Shown here: piece after piece, positions 9,292 to 18,086 of the stretch | Position numbering within the stretch: position 1 is the stretch's first letter | How the letters are laid out: every line of letters begins with the position of its first letter | From: an uncultured Clostridium sp. | GTDB lineage: Bacteria; Bacillota; Clostridia; TANB77; CAG-508 | NCBI GenBank assembly: GCA_948441945.1 | Contig: CAOJQV010000002.1 | Span: 2,390-66,389 of the forward strand | Direction of reading: 5' to 3' | Length of the DNA stretch: 64,000 nucleotides | Made by a program: the position numbers and the translations under genes | The notes under the pieces: generated by a model | The model's database searches: none | The model's input: only the letters and a program-made list of their open reading frames with translations | What the model was told of the DNA's origin: nothing

Positions 9292-10296
9292 TCAACTAAA
9301 TTTGCTTATTTTCTCTACATAGTCTCTATCTTCTATCTTAGAAATCGCAAAACATTTCTTGCCTAAATCTTTTAATGATGCTCCACAATGATATAATTCC
9401 TTATTATCTATTACTATAAATCTATCATGAAATTTACTTGTTTTAGCTATTTTTAAAGTTTTATATTGTTTATTAAATTTGTTAATATCTAATTTACTTA
9501 TATCACTATTTTGTGATGTTAATATAACAACTTCTACATCTCTATTTTTCTTTGATAACATTTTCAAAATACTATCATCTATATAGTTATCTATAATTAA
9601 AATTTTATTTTTAGCAGTTTTAATTATATCAATTATTAAACTATAACTATCATAAATTTGCCCATCAAAAAATATTTTTTGATTAAATTCCTCTTTTTTC
9701 TTTTTTTGCAACTCATCAAATATTTTCTCAAAGTTCTTTTCATGATTTGATAATTTTCTGTCTTGATTCAACAATTTGAATTCAACATTTGATAATCTTT
9801 CAAATACTTGTCCATTTGTAACTAAAAATTTTCGCATTTCAACAAATGCATCCATAATATTTATACTCACTTGAATGGCTATTTGATTTCTCAATAATCC
9901 TGAAAGCATTGCTATTCCTTGTTCTGTAAAAACATATGGTAAATATCTTCTTCCTCCATAGTTTTCTTTTTCTAAACTTGAGGTCACAAATTGTGACCTC
10001 AAGTTTTCTAACTCCTCTTCATTAAGTTGAAAACAGAATTTTTCTGGAAATCTTTGTATATTTCTCTTTACAGTTTGATTAATTTTTTTAGTCTCATAAT
10101 GATATAACATAGCAACATCACTATCTAACATTACTTGCTGTCCTCGAATTGTATAAATTAAACTTTTAATATTGTCTATATCATATTTTATTACATCCAA
10201 ATCTTTATTTACTGGTATTATTTTATTTTCATCTTTCATAATTTTCACATCCTTTAAGGTTGTGTTTATTATAAAACATTTGTTTTTAAAAGTCAA
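9292..10296 (-). CDS. ORF6N (KilA-N-like) domain DNA-binding protein with a conserved C-terminal ..FHDRFIVID..GASLKDLGKK.. domain
   Basis: IRGQQVMLDSDVAMLYHYETKKINQTVKRNIQRFPEKFCFQL..NLRSQFVTSS..GGRRYLPYVFTEQGIAMLS is the ORF6N signature. The real start may be the internal MKDENK (10239). Confidence 0.7.
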   Translation of the reverse strand: MTFKNKCFIINTTLKDVKIMKDENKIIPVNKDLDVIKYDIDNIKSLIYTIRGQQVMLDSDVAMLYHYETKKINQTVKRNIQRFPEKFCFQLNEEELENLRSQFVTSSLEKENYGGRRYLPYVFTEQGIAMLSGLLRNQIAIQVSINIMDAFVEMRKFLVTNGQVFERLSNVEFKLLNQDRKLSNHEKNFEKIFDELQKKKKEEFNQKIFFDGQIYDSYSLIIDIIKTAKNKILIIDNYIDDSILKMLSKKNRDVEVVILTSQNSDISKLDINKFNKQYKTLKIAKTSKFHDRFIVIDNKELYHCGASLKDLGKKCFAISKIEDRDYVEKISKFS

Positions 10297-10350
10297 TGGA
10301 TTTTTTATATAAATTAGCCATATATTTATTACTTCAATATAAAAACACTA

Positions 10351-11472
10351 CTAGTTTCCTGTATAAACTAAAGACTCAATTCCACAACTATATAAAGTAG
10401 TAGAATTATGAGGAAAAAATGCAAAATACACTTCTCCATTTGGTTGATAAAAAACAATTCCAATTCTATAATCAGGATTTATATCTTGTGAAAAATCATG
10501 TTTTTCAACTTTATATGTGAATTTTTTTCCATCATATACACATGTTCCATCTTGGTTAAGAACAAATCTTGTTCCAAATTCAGGGTCTTTGTATGTTCCA
10601 TATTTTATAGTATAATTTCCTACTTTTAGACCTTTTGCTGCTTCTTCCGCAGCTTTTCTTTCTTCTTCTGCCTTAATTTCAGTCTTTGCTGTTTCTATTT
10701 TTTGTTTTGTTGTTTCTACTTCATTAACTTTATTTTCTGTTGCAGATTTTACTTCTTCTGATACAATTTCATCTTGTGTTTTATATCCATCTACACCATT
10801 TGTTATATTATTTTTTAAATCTTTTATATCAATATCTTCTGTAAATTCAACTTTTATACTTGATTCTATTTCAGGTTTTACAAATGTTTCATCAAATTTT
10901 GATAGTGTAATTGTTTCTCCTGATAATGTATTTTGAGTTGTTGAGTCACCTTTTGTAATTGTATTTTCTGCTTCATTGTTTTTATCTGGATTTTCTAATA
11001 TTGTGTAAATTTTTTTGTATGAGTCTTCAGTCTCGCTTTCTTCATGTATATACCAAGCATAAGATTTGTATTGTATATTATATAAAAATTCGACTTTTGC
11101 TGGTTCTTGATGTACTATTTTATCTACATTATTTTCTCCTTTTGTTCTATAAATATTAATATAAGAATTTCCTTCAAAGTCATAATTCATAATCATTACA
11201 GGATTTGTTTCTCCTACTTCTATAAACTGAAGTTCTATATTTTCCATATCATCTTTAAGTCCATATTCTTCTTTGTTGCTATCTTCAGCTATTGCTGATT
11301 TTAAATATGTATAATATGTATCTCCCCATTGTGTTCCAGTTGTTTTGTTTTTTTGTACATATTTATAACCAAAGTATCCTCCGATACTTCCCCCTGCAAT
11401 TAAAATTATTAATACTATTATTGTTATTATAATTGGTAGTTTGCTTTTCTTTTTCATATTTTCTTCTGACAT
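10351..11472 (-). CDS. Membrane-anchored hypothetical protein (paralogue of 11498-12700)
   Basis: N-terminal TM helix, then the shared motif GTQWGDTYYTYLK, a Lys/Glu-rich coiled-coil linker and a unique C-terminal domain. Confidence 0.6.
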   Translation of the reverse strand: MSEENMKKKSKLPIIITIIVLIILIAGGSIGGYFGYKYVQKNKTTGTQWGDTYYTYLKSAIAEDSNKEEYGLKDDMENIELQFIEVGETNPVMIMNYDFEGNSYINIYRTKGENNVDKIVHQEPAKVEFLYNIQYKSYAWYIHEESETEDSYKKIYTILENPDKNNEAENTITKGDSTTQNTLSGETITLSKFDETFVKPEIESSIKVEFTEDIDIKDLKNNITNGVDGYKTQDEIVSEEVKSATENKVNEVETTKQKIETAKTEIKAEEERKAAEEAAKGLKVGNYTIKYGTYKDPEFGTRFVLNQDGTCVYDGKKFTYKVEKHDFSQDINPDYRIGIVFYQPNGEVYFAFFPHNSTTLYSCGIESLVYTGN

Positions 11473-11497
11473 ATTTGGTTCTCCTTTAGATTTCTAA

Positions 11498-12700
11498 TTA
11501 AAAATTTCCCTCTTTATATACTTGTTTTATAGTTTGACCTTCAGTATAGTGCATATCTACATTTTTCCATTTCTTTCCATCTACTGATATTGCAACTGCA
11601 TCTATTGTAGACCAATGTGATGAATCTACTAACCATTTTACTATAAATAGATAATATTCTAATCCAGTGCTATCTTTTACCATACATTGTTTTGTATATC
11701 CTATTGGTTGTTCTGGTGTTCCTGTCCCATCTATTTTTTGTGCTAATGCCATTGCTTGCTTTTCTGAAATTCTATTGCTTGAAGTTGTTGTACTTTGATT
11801 AGTTGATGTTGTTGTACTTTGGGCTTTCTTCTTTGCCTCTTCTTCTGCTTTTTTCTTTTCTTCAGCTTTTTTTCTAGCTTCTTCAGCAAGCCTTTCTTCC
11901 TCTAATCGTTTTTCTTCTTCTATTCTTTCTTTTTCTTGTTTCTTATTTTCTAATTCTTCTGTTTGCATCTTTATTGTTTGTGTAACATTTTCTGTTACTA
12001 TTTGTTCAATTGTTTTATATCCTTCAATTCCTTCTTTTATTTTATCTCTTAGTTCTGCCAAATCACCATCTAATTTTATTATTATACTTTCGTCATAGTC
12101 TTCTGGTACAATAAATGTTTCTTCAAATTTAGATATAATAGGAATATTATTTTCATCAATAGTTTTGTCTGATTGTGGCATTTCTTCTTTTGTGAATGTA
12201 TAGATATTTTGTGATGGGTTGTCAAATATATTTTCAAATATCTGTGTTCCATTTTCTAGTGTTGTATGTGCATACCATCCATATTTTTTAGTTGGTATGT
12301 GATATAAAAATACTATATTTTGTTCAGTGCTTTTTTCTATAGTTTGTTCTGTTTTTACTTCTCCTTCTGTAATTCCATAAACAATTAATTTATGGTTATT
12401 TGAGTTGTTATCTTCAATTTCTGTATCTATATATTGCATAACCATTTTTGGTTCTTGATTTTTTTCGTTTTGAATAAATCTTATTTCTGTATTTATTCTT
12501 TTTCCTTCTTGTATTTCTTGCTTTTCATTACTTTCTTTTAAATATGTATAATATGTGTCTCCCCATTGTGTTCCAATTGTTTTGTTTTCTTTATTGTGTT
12601 TATACCATAAATATCCTCCTATACTTCCTGCTATTAAAATAATGATTAATACTGTTACTGTTATTATAATTGGTAACTTGTTTTTTGTTTTTTCTTCCAT
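11498..12700 (-). CDS. Membrane-anchored hypothetical protein (paralogue of 10351-11472)
   Basis: Same architecture as its neighbour: KLPIIIT..TM..GTQWGDTYYTYLK, a charged EEKRLEEERLAEEARKKAEEKKKAEEEAKKKA segment and a distinct C-terminus. Confidence 0.6.
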   Translation of the reverse strand: MEEKTKNKLPIIITVTVLIIILIAGSIGGYLWYKHNKENKTIGTQWGDTYYTYLKESNEKQEIQEGKRINTEIRFIQNEKNQEPKMVMQYIDTEIEDNNSNNHKLIVYGITEGEVKTEQTIEKSTEQNIVFLYHIPTKKYGWYAHTTLENGTQIFENIFDNPSQNIYTFTKEEMPQSDKTIDENNIPIISKFEETFIVPEDYDESIIIKLDGDLAELRDKIKEGIEGYKTIEQIVTENVTQTIKMQTEELENKKQEKERIEEEKRLEEERLAEEARKKAEEKKKAEEEAKKKAQSTTTSTNQSTTTSSNRISEKQAMALAQKIDGTGTPEQPIGYTKQCMVKDSTGLEYYLFIVKWLVDSSHWSTIDAVAISVDGKKWKNVDMHYTEGQTIKQVYKEGNF

Positions 12701-12783
12701 TTTTATCCCCCTTTTTCTTATTTATTCTAACACAAAAAATTTATGATGTATATATTTTTATTTAATGATTTTTTTATAAGAAA

Positions 12784-12808
12784 AAGACCGTTTATAAACG
12801 GTCTCTTC
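12784..12808 (-). terminator. dxr terminator
   Basis: agaccgttta/taaacggtct perfect hairpin, followed on the minus strand by ttttctt. Confidence 0.75.
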
Positions 12809-12833
12809 CATCTTAGTATTTCTTAGCGTTTCA

Positions 12834-13976
12834 CTATTTTCTTATTTTTTCTTTTACTTTTGTTCTTACCTCTCTATCTAATTCCAGAATATCTGAAATA
12901 GTGTTTAACGTTACTCCTTCGTGGCTTTCTAAAGTTTTCCTAATATATTTAGGAATATCTGTGAACTTAATTTGATGCTTTAAAAATGCATCTACAACCA
13001 CTTCATCTGCTGCGTTTAGCACTACCTGATGGCTATGACCAGATTCTATTGCCTGATATGCTAAACTCAAGCACTCGAATTTTTTAAGGTCTGGCTTTTC
13101 AAAGCTCAAATCATGAACTTCAAATAAATCCAACATTTGAATGTTGTTGCGTAACCTTACAGGATAGTTCAATGCGTATGCAATTGGAATTTGCATATCT
13201 TTAGGTCCAATATTTGCCATAATTGTACCATCTTCAAATTGAACTGCTGAGTGCAATAGGCTTTTTCTATGAACCACTACCTGTATATTCTCAGGCATTG
13301 TGTCAAATAGCCACCTTGCTTCAATGACTTCAAAACCTTTATTCATCATTGTAGCAGAGTCTATTGTTACTTTTGGCCCCATTTTCCACGTTGGATGGTT
13401 TAGAGCCTGCTCTGGTGTTATTTCTTCTGTGATTTCCTTATCGAAAAAAGGACCACCAGATGCTGTTAATAAAATTTTGTTAATCTTATTTTTTTCTTCT
13501 CCCTGCAGACACTGCATAATTGCACTATGTTCGCTATCTGCTGTTAGCAACTGCACACCTGTACTTTTAGCAAGATTCATAATAATCTCGCCTCCTGTAA
13601 CAAGCACTTCTTTGTTTGCCAATACTACTTTATTACAGTTTTGTATCATGTAATATGTGGGTAAAAGACCTGCAATTCCTACTAACGCAGAAACGCCAAT
13701 GTCAGATTTTAGCTTAGAGATTTCCGCTAGCCCTTTATCTCCATAATATACGTTCAGTTCTGGAAAAGCTTTTTCGATTTCTCTTGCGTCTTCCTCTGAA
13801 AAGATGTATACATTATGAGGATAAAATTCCTCAATCTGCTGTTTTAGTGCATCTTTGCTACTCCGTGCTACCAGTGTTTCAACTGTAAAAATCTCTGGAT
13901 TTTCTCTAACTACTTTTAATGTAGTAGTTCCAATTGAGCCAGTTGAGCCAAAAATACTAACTTTTACTTTTTTCAT
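12834..13976 (-). CDS. dxr: 1-deoxy-D-xylulose-5-phosphate reductoisomerase
   Basis: IFGSTGSIGTTTL NADPH-binding N-terminus, LANKEVLV, DSEHSAI, ASGGPF, IDSATMMNKGFEVIEA. Visibly more GC-rich than neighbouring genes. Confidence 0.95.
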   Translation of the reverse strand: MKKVKVSIFGSTGSIGTTTLKVVRENPEIFTVETLVARSSKDALKQQIEEFYPHNVYIFSEEDAREIEKAFPELNVYYGDKGLAEISKLKSDIGVSALVGIAGLLPTYYMIQNCNKVVLANKEVLVTGGEIIMNLAKSTGVQLLTADSEHSAIMQCLQGEEKNKINKILLTASGGPFFDKEITEEITPEQALNHPTWKMGPKVTIDSATMMNKGFEVIEARWLFDTMPENIQVVVHRKSLLHSAVQFEDGTIMANIGPKDMQIPIAYALNYPVRLRNNIQMLDLFEVHDLSFEKPDLKKFECLSLAYQAIESGHSHQVVLNAADEVVVDAFLKHQIKFTDIPKYIRKTLESHEGVTLNTISDILELDREVRTKVKEKIRK

Positions 13977-14093
13977 AGAAAATAACCTCCTTGAAATTTT
14001 TTTGCTACATATTTTATGTTATCTATTTTATCACCTATTATATATCATGTCAATTTTCATATCAAAAAAAGATTGCAGTTGCAACCTTTTTTT

Positions 14094-15704
14094 CTATTTA
14101 AAAAACTTATTAAATAAACCTTTTCCTTTATTGTCTTCTGCTTCTTCCTCGTTATCTTCATACTCATCATAGTCATCATCATCTTCTTCTTCTTCGTCGT
14201 CATATTCATCATCATAGTCGTCATCATCTTCTAAATCTTCTTCATCTTCAAAGTCTTCGTCATCGTAATCATCTTCATCATCTAAATCTTCGTCTTCATA
14301 ATTATCATCTTCGTACTCGTCGTCTTCATATTCATCTTCATATTCTTCATAGTCTGAGTCATATTCTTCATCATCTTCGTCGATTTTACTTGTTTTACTG
14401 CTTTTAGTTTCTTCATAATCTTCAGCTATGTTTTCATCATCATCATATTCATCTTTTACAAATTGGTCTTCAGAAAATATGTTATTTTCTAAACTATTTT
14501 TTGTTGCTTTGTTTTGTTCTATATCTTCTAATTGATATTCTGATAAATCTTTTTCGAATTTTTCACTTATTTCTTTTTGGAAGACTTCGTATATGTTCTT
14601 AATTTCTCCAATTCTCCAGTAATTAGAGTTTATAATTGTTCCCGCTTTAATATTTATTCCATTTACTTCTTGTTCAAAGTTTTTAACCTTTTTATTAATA
14701 TTTTTTAGGTAGTCTTTATTATATAATTCATTATATGCTTTTTTTGTAGATTTACCTGTTATTTCTTTTACAATTAATTCATATAAGTTATTAAATTGTT
14801 CTATGTCTAATTCAAAATTTTTGCAAGCTTCATTCATTAATTGGTCATGAGTTTTTTGTCCATTAATTGATGTCATTCTTTCATTATCTAGAAAACTTAC
14901 AATGTAGCTTTTTTCTGCTTTTAAGAATGCTAATTTTACACTTACATCTTTAAGAATTTTGTAGTATTTTTCAATTTTTAGTTCGTCTCTACTAATTTCT
15001 CCTAAAATTCTTTTACTTCTTTCATAAATTAATATATAACATTCTGCTTCTTTTTTAGCGATTTCTTTTCTTTCCATTACTGCATCTTTCATTACTTCAT
15101 AGTTAAATGGTACTCTTTCATCTTTTCCATTTTCAATCATGATGTCAATAATTTCTTGTTCTTCTTCTGTGTTTATGAAATTTTTGATTCTTCTTAATGT
15201 TGATATGTCTATTTCTGTTAAATCTTTTGTCATCTTTTCTATTATTTGAAGATGATTTTTTTCTTGTACTCTTCTATTTCTAGCATATTGATTTCTTTGA
15301 TTTTGCTTCTCTGAAAAATCTTTTAATGATACAATAAAACTTTCTCTTAATTCTTGTAGTTTATAGTTATTTCTGTCAATTGTTTCTTCTATTGTTTTCA
15401 TTTTATTTTCTATTTCTCTTGGTTCTTTGTCTAAACTATTAAATAGTTTATTTCTTTCTTCTTCTAGTTTTATATTTGATTGGTATAATTTCTTTTGTTC
15501 TTGTTGAATAACACGTATATTATTTGCTACTTCGTCAAAGTCATTAATGATTTCTTCTTCTTCTAGAAGAATGTCTTGGTATTTTTGTATTTCTTCTATT
15601 AATTCTTTATAGTCTTTATTTATTGTTTTTAAGTTAACTTTTTTACCAAGTCCAAATATTTCGGTGAAATATCTTTCTAGAACAATAGCACTTCTTTCAT
15701 ACAT
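14094..15704 (-). CDS. Hypothetical coiled-coil protein with an extremely acidic D/E/Y C-terminal tail
   Basis: 536-aa ORF. The last ~110 residues are almost only D, E and Y (..DEDDEEYDSDYEEYEDEYEDDEYEDDNYEDEDLDDEDDYDDEDFEDEEDLEDDDDYDDEYDDEEEEDDDDYDEYED..). No family recognised. Confidence 0.55.
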   Translation of the reverse strand: MYERSAIVLERYFTEIFGLGKKVNLKTINKDYKELIEEIQKYQDILLEEEEIINDFDEVANNIRVIQQEQKKLYQSNIKLEEERNKLFNSLDKEPREIENKMKTIEETIDRNNYKLQELRESFIVSLKDFSEKQNQRNQYARNRRVQEKNHLQIIEKMTKDLTEIDISTLRRIKNFINTEEEQEIIDIMIENGKDERVPFNYEVMKDAVMERKEIAKKEAECYILIYERSKRILGEISRDELKIEKYYKILKDVSVKLAFLKAEKSYIVSFLDNERMTSINGQKTHDQLMNEACKNFELDIEQFNNLYELIVKEITGKSTKKAYNELYNKDYLKNINKKVKNFEQEVNGINIKAGTIINSNYWRIGEIKNIYEVFQKEISEKFEKDLSEYQLEDIEQNKATKNSLENNIFSEDQFVKDEYDDDENIAEDYEETKSSKTSKIDEDDEEYDSDYEEYEDEYEDDEYEDDNYEDEDLDDEDDYDDEDFEDEEDLEDDDDYDDEYDDEEEEDDDDYDEYEDNEEEAEDNKGKGLFNKFFK

Positions 15705-15809
15705 AGAAAGTCCCCCTTTTTACATTATTCTCATATCATTTCATCTATTTTATCATCTTTGACAAAAAATAACAAGTTTTTTTAATAATTTTCTATTTGT
15801 TTTTTATTT

Positions 15810-16955
15810 CTATAATTCAACTATTTTTTCCCATGTTAAATTTTCTTTTCCAAAGTGCCCATAGTTTGTTGTTTGTTTATATATTGGCTTTTTAAGTTCT
15901 AGATAATTTATAATTCCTGTTGGTGTTAAGTTGAATTTTTTATTTATCTTTTCTATAATTTCACTTTCTGGTATTGTTGCTGTGTTAAATGTGTCTATGT
16001 ATATAGATATTGGTTTTGCAACTCCAATTGCATAAGAAAGTTGAATTTCGCATTTTTTTGCATATCCATTTGCTACAATATTTTTTGCTAGATGTCTTGC
16101 CATATAAGATGCTGACCTATCTACTTTGCTTGGGTCTTTTCCTGAAAATGCTCCGCCCCCATGTCTTGCATATCCTCCATAAGTATCTACTATAATTTTT
16201 CTTCCTGTTAGTCCACTGTCTCCTAAAGGTCCTCCTATAATAAATCTTCCTGTTGGGTTTATATAGTATTTTGTTTTTTCGTCTAATAGTTCATTTGGTA
16301 TAACTTCATTTATTACTTTCTCTTTAATATCTTTTTTAAGGGTTTCTAAACTTATTTCTGCATTGTGTTGTGTTGATACAACTATTGTGTCTATTCTTAT
16401 TGGTTTGTTTTCTTCATATTCTACTGTTACTTGTGTTTTTCCATCTGGTCTTAAATAATCGATTATATTTTGTTTTCTTACTTCTGTTAGTCTTTTTGAT
16501 AGTTTATGTGCTAAGTATATTGGCATCGGCATATAGTTTTCTGTTTCATCAGTTGCAAATCCAAACATAATTCCTTGGTCTCCTGCGCCTTCTGATGATA
16601 CTTCTTCTCCTTCTTTGTCTTCTAGTGATTTATCTACTCCTAGTGCTATATCAGGAGATTGTTTTGATATATTTATATTTATTTTACATGTTTTATAGTC
16701 TATGTCTAGTTCACTATTATCATATCCTATTTCTTTTATTGCTATTCTTACAATTTGCTCAATGTCTACATTTTCTGCTTTTGATGTAATTTCTCCTGTA
16801 ATTAATATTTCTCCTTTTCCTGCTACTGTTTCACAAGCTACTCTTGCATTTTTATCCTTTTCTAAGTAACTGTCTAATATGCTGTCTGATATAAAGTCAC
16901 ATAGTTTGTCTGGATGCCCTTCTGTTACACTTTCTGATGTAAATAGTTTTCTCAT
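15810..16955 (-). CDS. metK: S-adenosylmethionine synthetase
   Basis: [44 protein letters not shown]. Confidence 0.97.
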   Translation of the reverse strand: MRKLFTSESVTEGHPDKLCDFISDSILDSYLEKDKNARVACETVAGKGEILITGEITSKAENVDIEQIVRIAIKEIGYDNSELDIDYKTCKININISKQSPDIALGVDKSLEDKEGEEVSSEGAGDQGIMFGFATDETENYMPMPIYLAHKLSKRLTEVRKQNIIDYLRPDGKTQVTVEYEENKPIRIDTIVVSTQHNAEISLETLKKDIKEKVINEVIPNELLDEKTKYYINPTGRFIIGGPLGDSGLTGRKIIVDTYGGYARHGGGAFSGKDPSKVDRSASYMARHLAKNIVANGYAKKCEIQLSYAIGVAKPISIYIDTFNTATIPESEIIEKINKKFNLTPTGIINYLELKKPIYKQTTNYGHFGKENLTWEKIVEL

Positions 16956-17010
16956 TTTTTATTCCTTCTTTCTTGTTTGTATTATATGTTTCAAGTTTTT
17001 TATGTTTTTA

Positions 17011-17445
17011 TTATAGGCATGTTCCTAGGATTTTCCTATAATAACTAAAAAACCTTTGCTTTTTGCAAAGGTTGATAGTTCTAATTTTATAAAAATCATC
17101 ACTCAAAGCCCTTTGCTTTGTCGGTGTTAGCACCTTGCTTTTAGCAGGTTGCTGTGGAGTCATTAAGCCGATTCTCTCGTCCACTCTTGATAACATATTG
17201 TAATTATTATAGTTTTTTTTAGTTTTTTTGTCAATAGATTTTAAGGAAAAATTGTTAATATCTAATTCGCCTACTGATATGTCTGTGCCTTCGATTGATA
17301 CCTGATAGCCTTCTAAGATTGTCAAACAGCCAGATACAATCCGTTCTGCATCTTTTAGGGTAAGCTTGTTCATCACAGTTAAGTCTCCTTCAAAGATATA
17401 AGTATCGTTTGTTACTACTAATGCTTCAAGTGTCCGTTCTAACAT
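17011..17445 (-). CDS. Hypothetical ORF. Only the first ~70 codons look genuine; the rest reads through the metK promoter and S-box
   Basis: ATG at 17445 with aggagg SD 7 nt upstream. GC-richer than the host and contains two in-frame CGG codons. The absence of a stop until 17011 looks fortuitous, so this is likely a 3'-truncated foreign gene remnant. Confidence 0.3.
   Translation of the reverse strand: MLERTLEALVVTNDTYIFEGDLTVMNKLTLKDAERIVSGCLTILEGYQVSIEGTDISVGELDINNFSLKSIDKKTKKNYNNYNMLSRVDERIGLMTPQQPAKSKVLTPTKQRALSDDFYKIRTINLCKKQRFFSYYRKILGTCL
17045..17196 (-). promoter_or_regulatory. SAM-I (S-box) riboswitch with terminator, leader of metK
   Basis: Minus strand: uuAUCAAGAGuGGAcGAGAGAAUCGGCuuAAUGAcUCCAcaGCAACCugcuaaaagcaAGGUGCUAAcaCCgacaaagcaaagggcuuUGAgUGAUga. 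This matches the S-box core blocks (AUCAAGAG, GCAACC, GGUGCUAA, P1 closure). It is followed by the terminator aacctttgc-aaaaa-gcaaaggtt+TTTTT. Confidence 0.8.
17206..17234 (-). promoter_or_regulatory. Consensus promoter of the metK leader (TTGACA-17-TATAAT)
   Basis: Minus strand reads ttgacaaaaaaactaaaaaaaactataat, placed just upstream of the riboswitch P1. Confidence 0.6.
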
Positions 17446-17648
17446 AAGCAATCCTCCTATTAAATGAAACGTTATTTACAAACGCCTAAGTGTTTTATGT
17501 TACTTTAGTATTATATCAGATATGCATTTAATAGCAAATAAAATTACATAGAACTGTTATTGTATTATGTTGACTATGTATTGAAATTGTATTATAATAT
17601 AAGTATGATACATTTCGTTTTTGCAAAAAAAGAAAAGGAGAAAACAAT

Positions 17649-17975
17649 ATGGCAACTAGAACAAGACTTTTTTTGAACGGGTTAACAAATTCACCAGACA
17701 GGCGGTATGCTGTGCTTGCAGACTCAGATTGCTTTATAGTAGTCCCATTATTTGTTAGGACCGCCAGCAAGATACTTTTAAGCTATAAAAAGCTTAAAAC
17801 CGACTTCTCTATGGATGATGAGGATAAGATTCTATCTAAAATTAATGAATCTATCCTCGATAAGGTTGGCGAACCTCAAATTGTTTCACTTAATTGGGGA
17901 TATGATGTTGACAAAGCAATAGATGAAATAGCTGTTCATAATAGAATGCTTAGCCACCAGTCTGACAGTGAATAG
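17649..17975 (+). CDS. Hypothetical protein, 108 aa
   Basis: SD aaaaggag 8 nt upstream. A promoter-like ttgact-17-tataat lies at about 17571-17599. A good terminator follows. GC-richer than the surroundings. No family recognised. Confidence 0.45.
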   Translation: MATRTRLFLNGLTNSPDRRYAVLADSDCFIVVPLFVRTASKILLSYKKLKTDFSMDDEDKILSKINESILDKVGEPQIVSLNWGYDVDKAIDEIAVHNRMLSHQSDSE

Positions 17976-18000
17976 TGAGTAAGTATCCTTTTAACAAGAA

Positions 18001-18040
18001 AAAAGCCTACTGCATTTTTATTTTTGCAGAAGGCTTTTTC
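18001..18040 (+). terminator. Rho-independent terminator after the 17649-17975 ORF
   Basis: aaagcctactgca...tgcagaaggcttt stem followed by ttttc. Confidence 0.7.
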
Positions 18041-18086
18041 CTATTTCTAATTTATCAAACTATGACAAAAAGAAATGACCCTTTTG

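Noticed and set aside
17011-17230. C-terminal half of the 146-aa ORF 17011-17451
   Set aside because: This stretch is the metK promoter, the SAM-I aptamer and the terminator. The open frame here is fortuitous.
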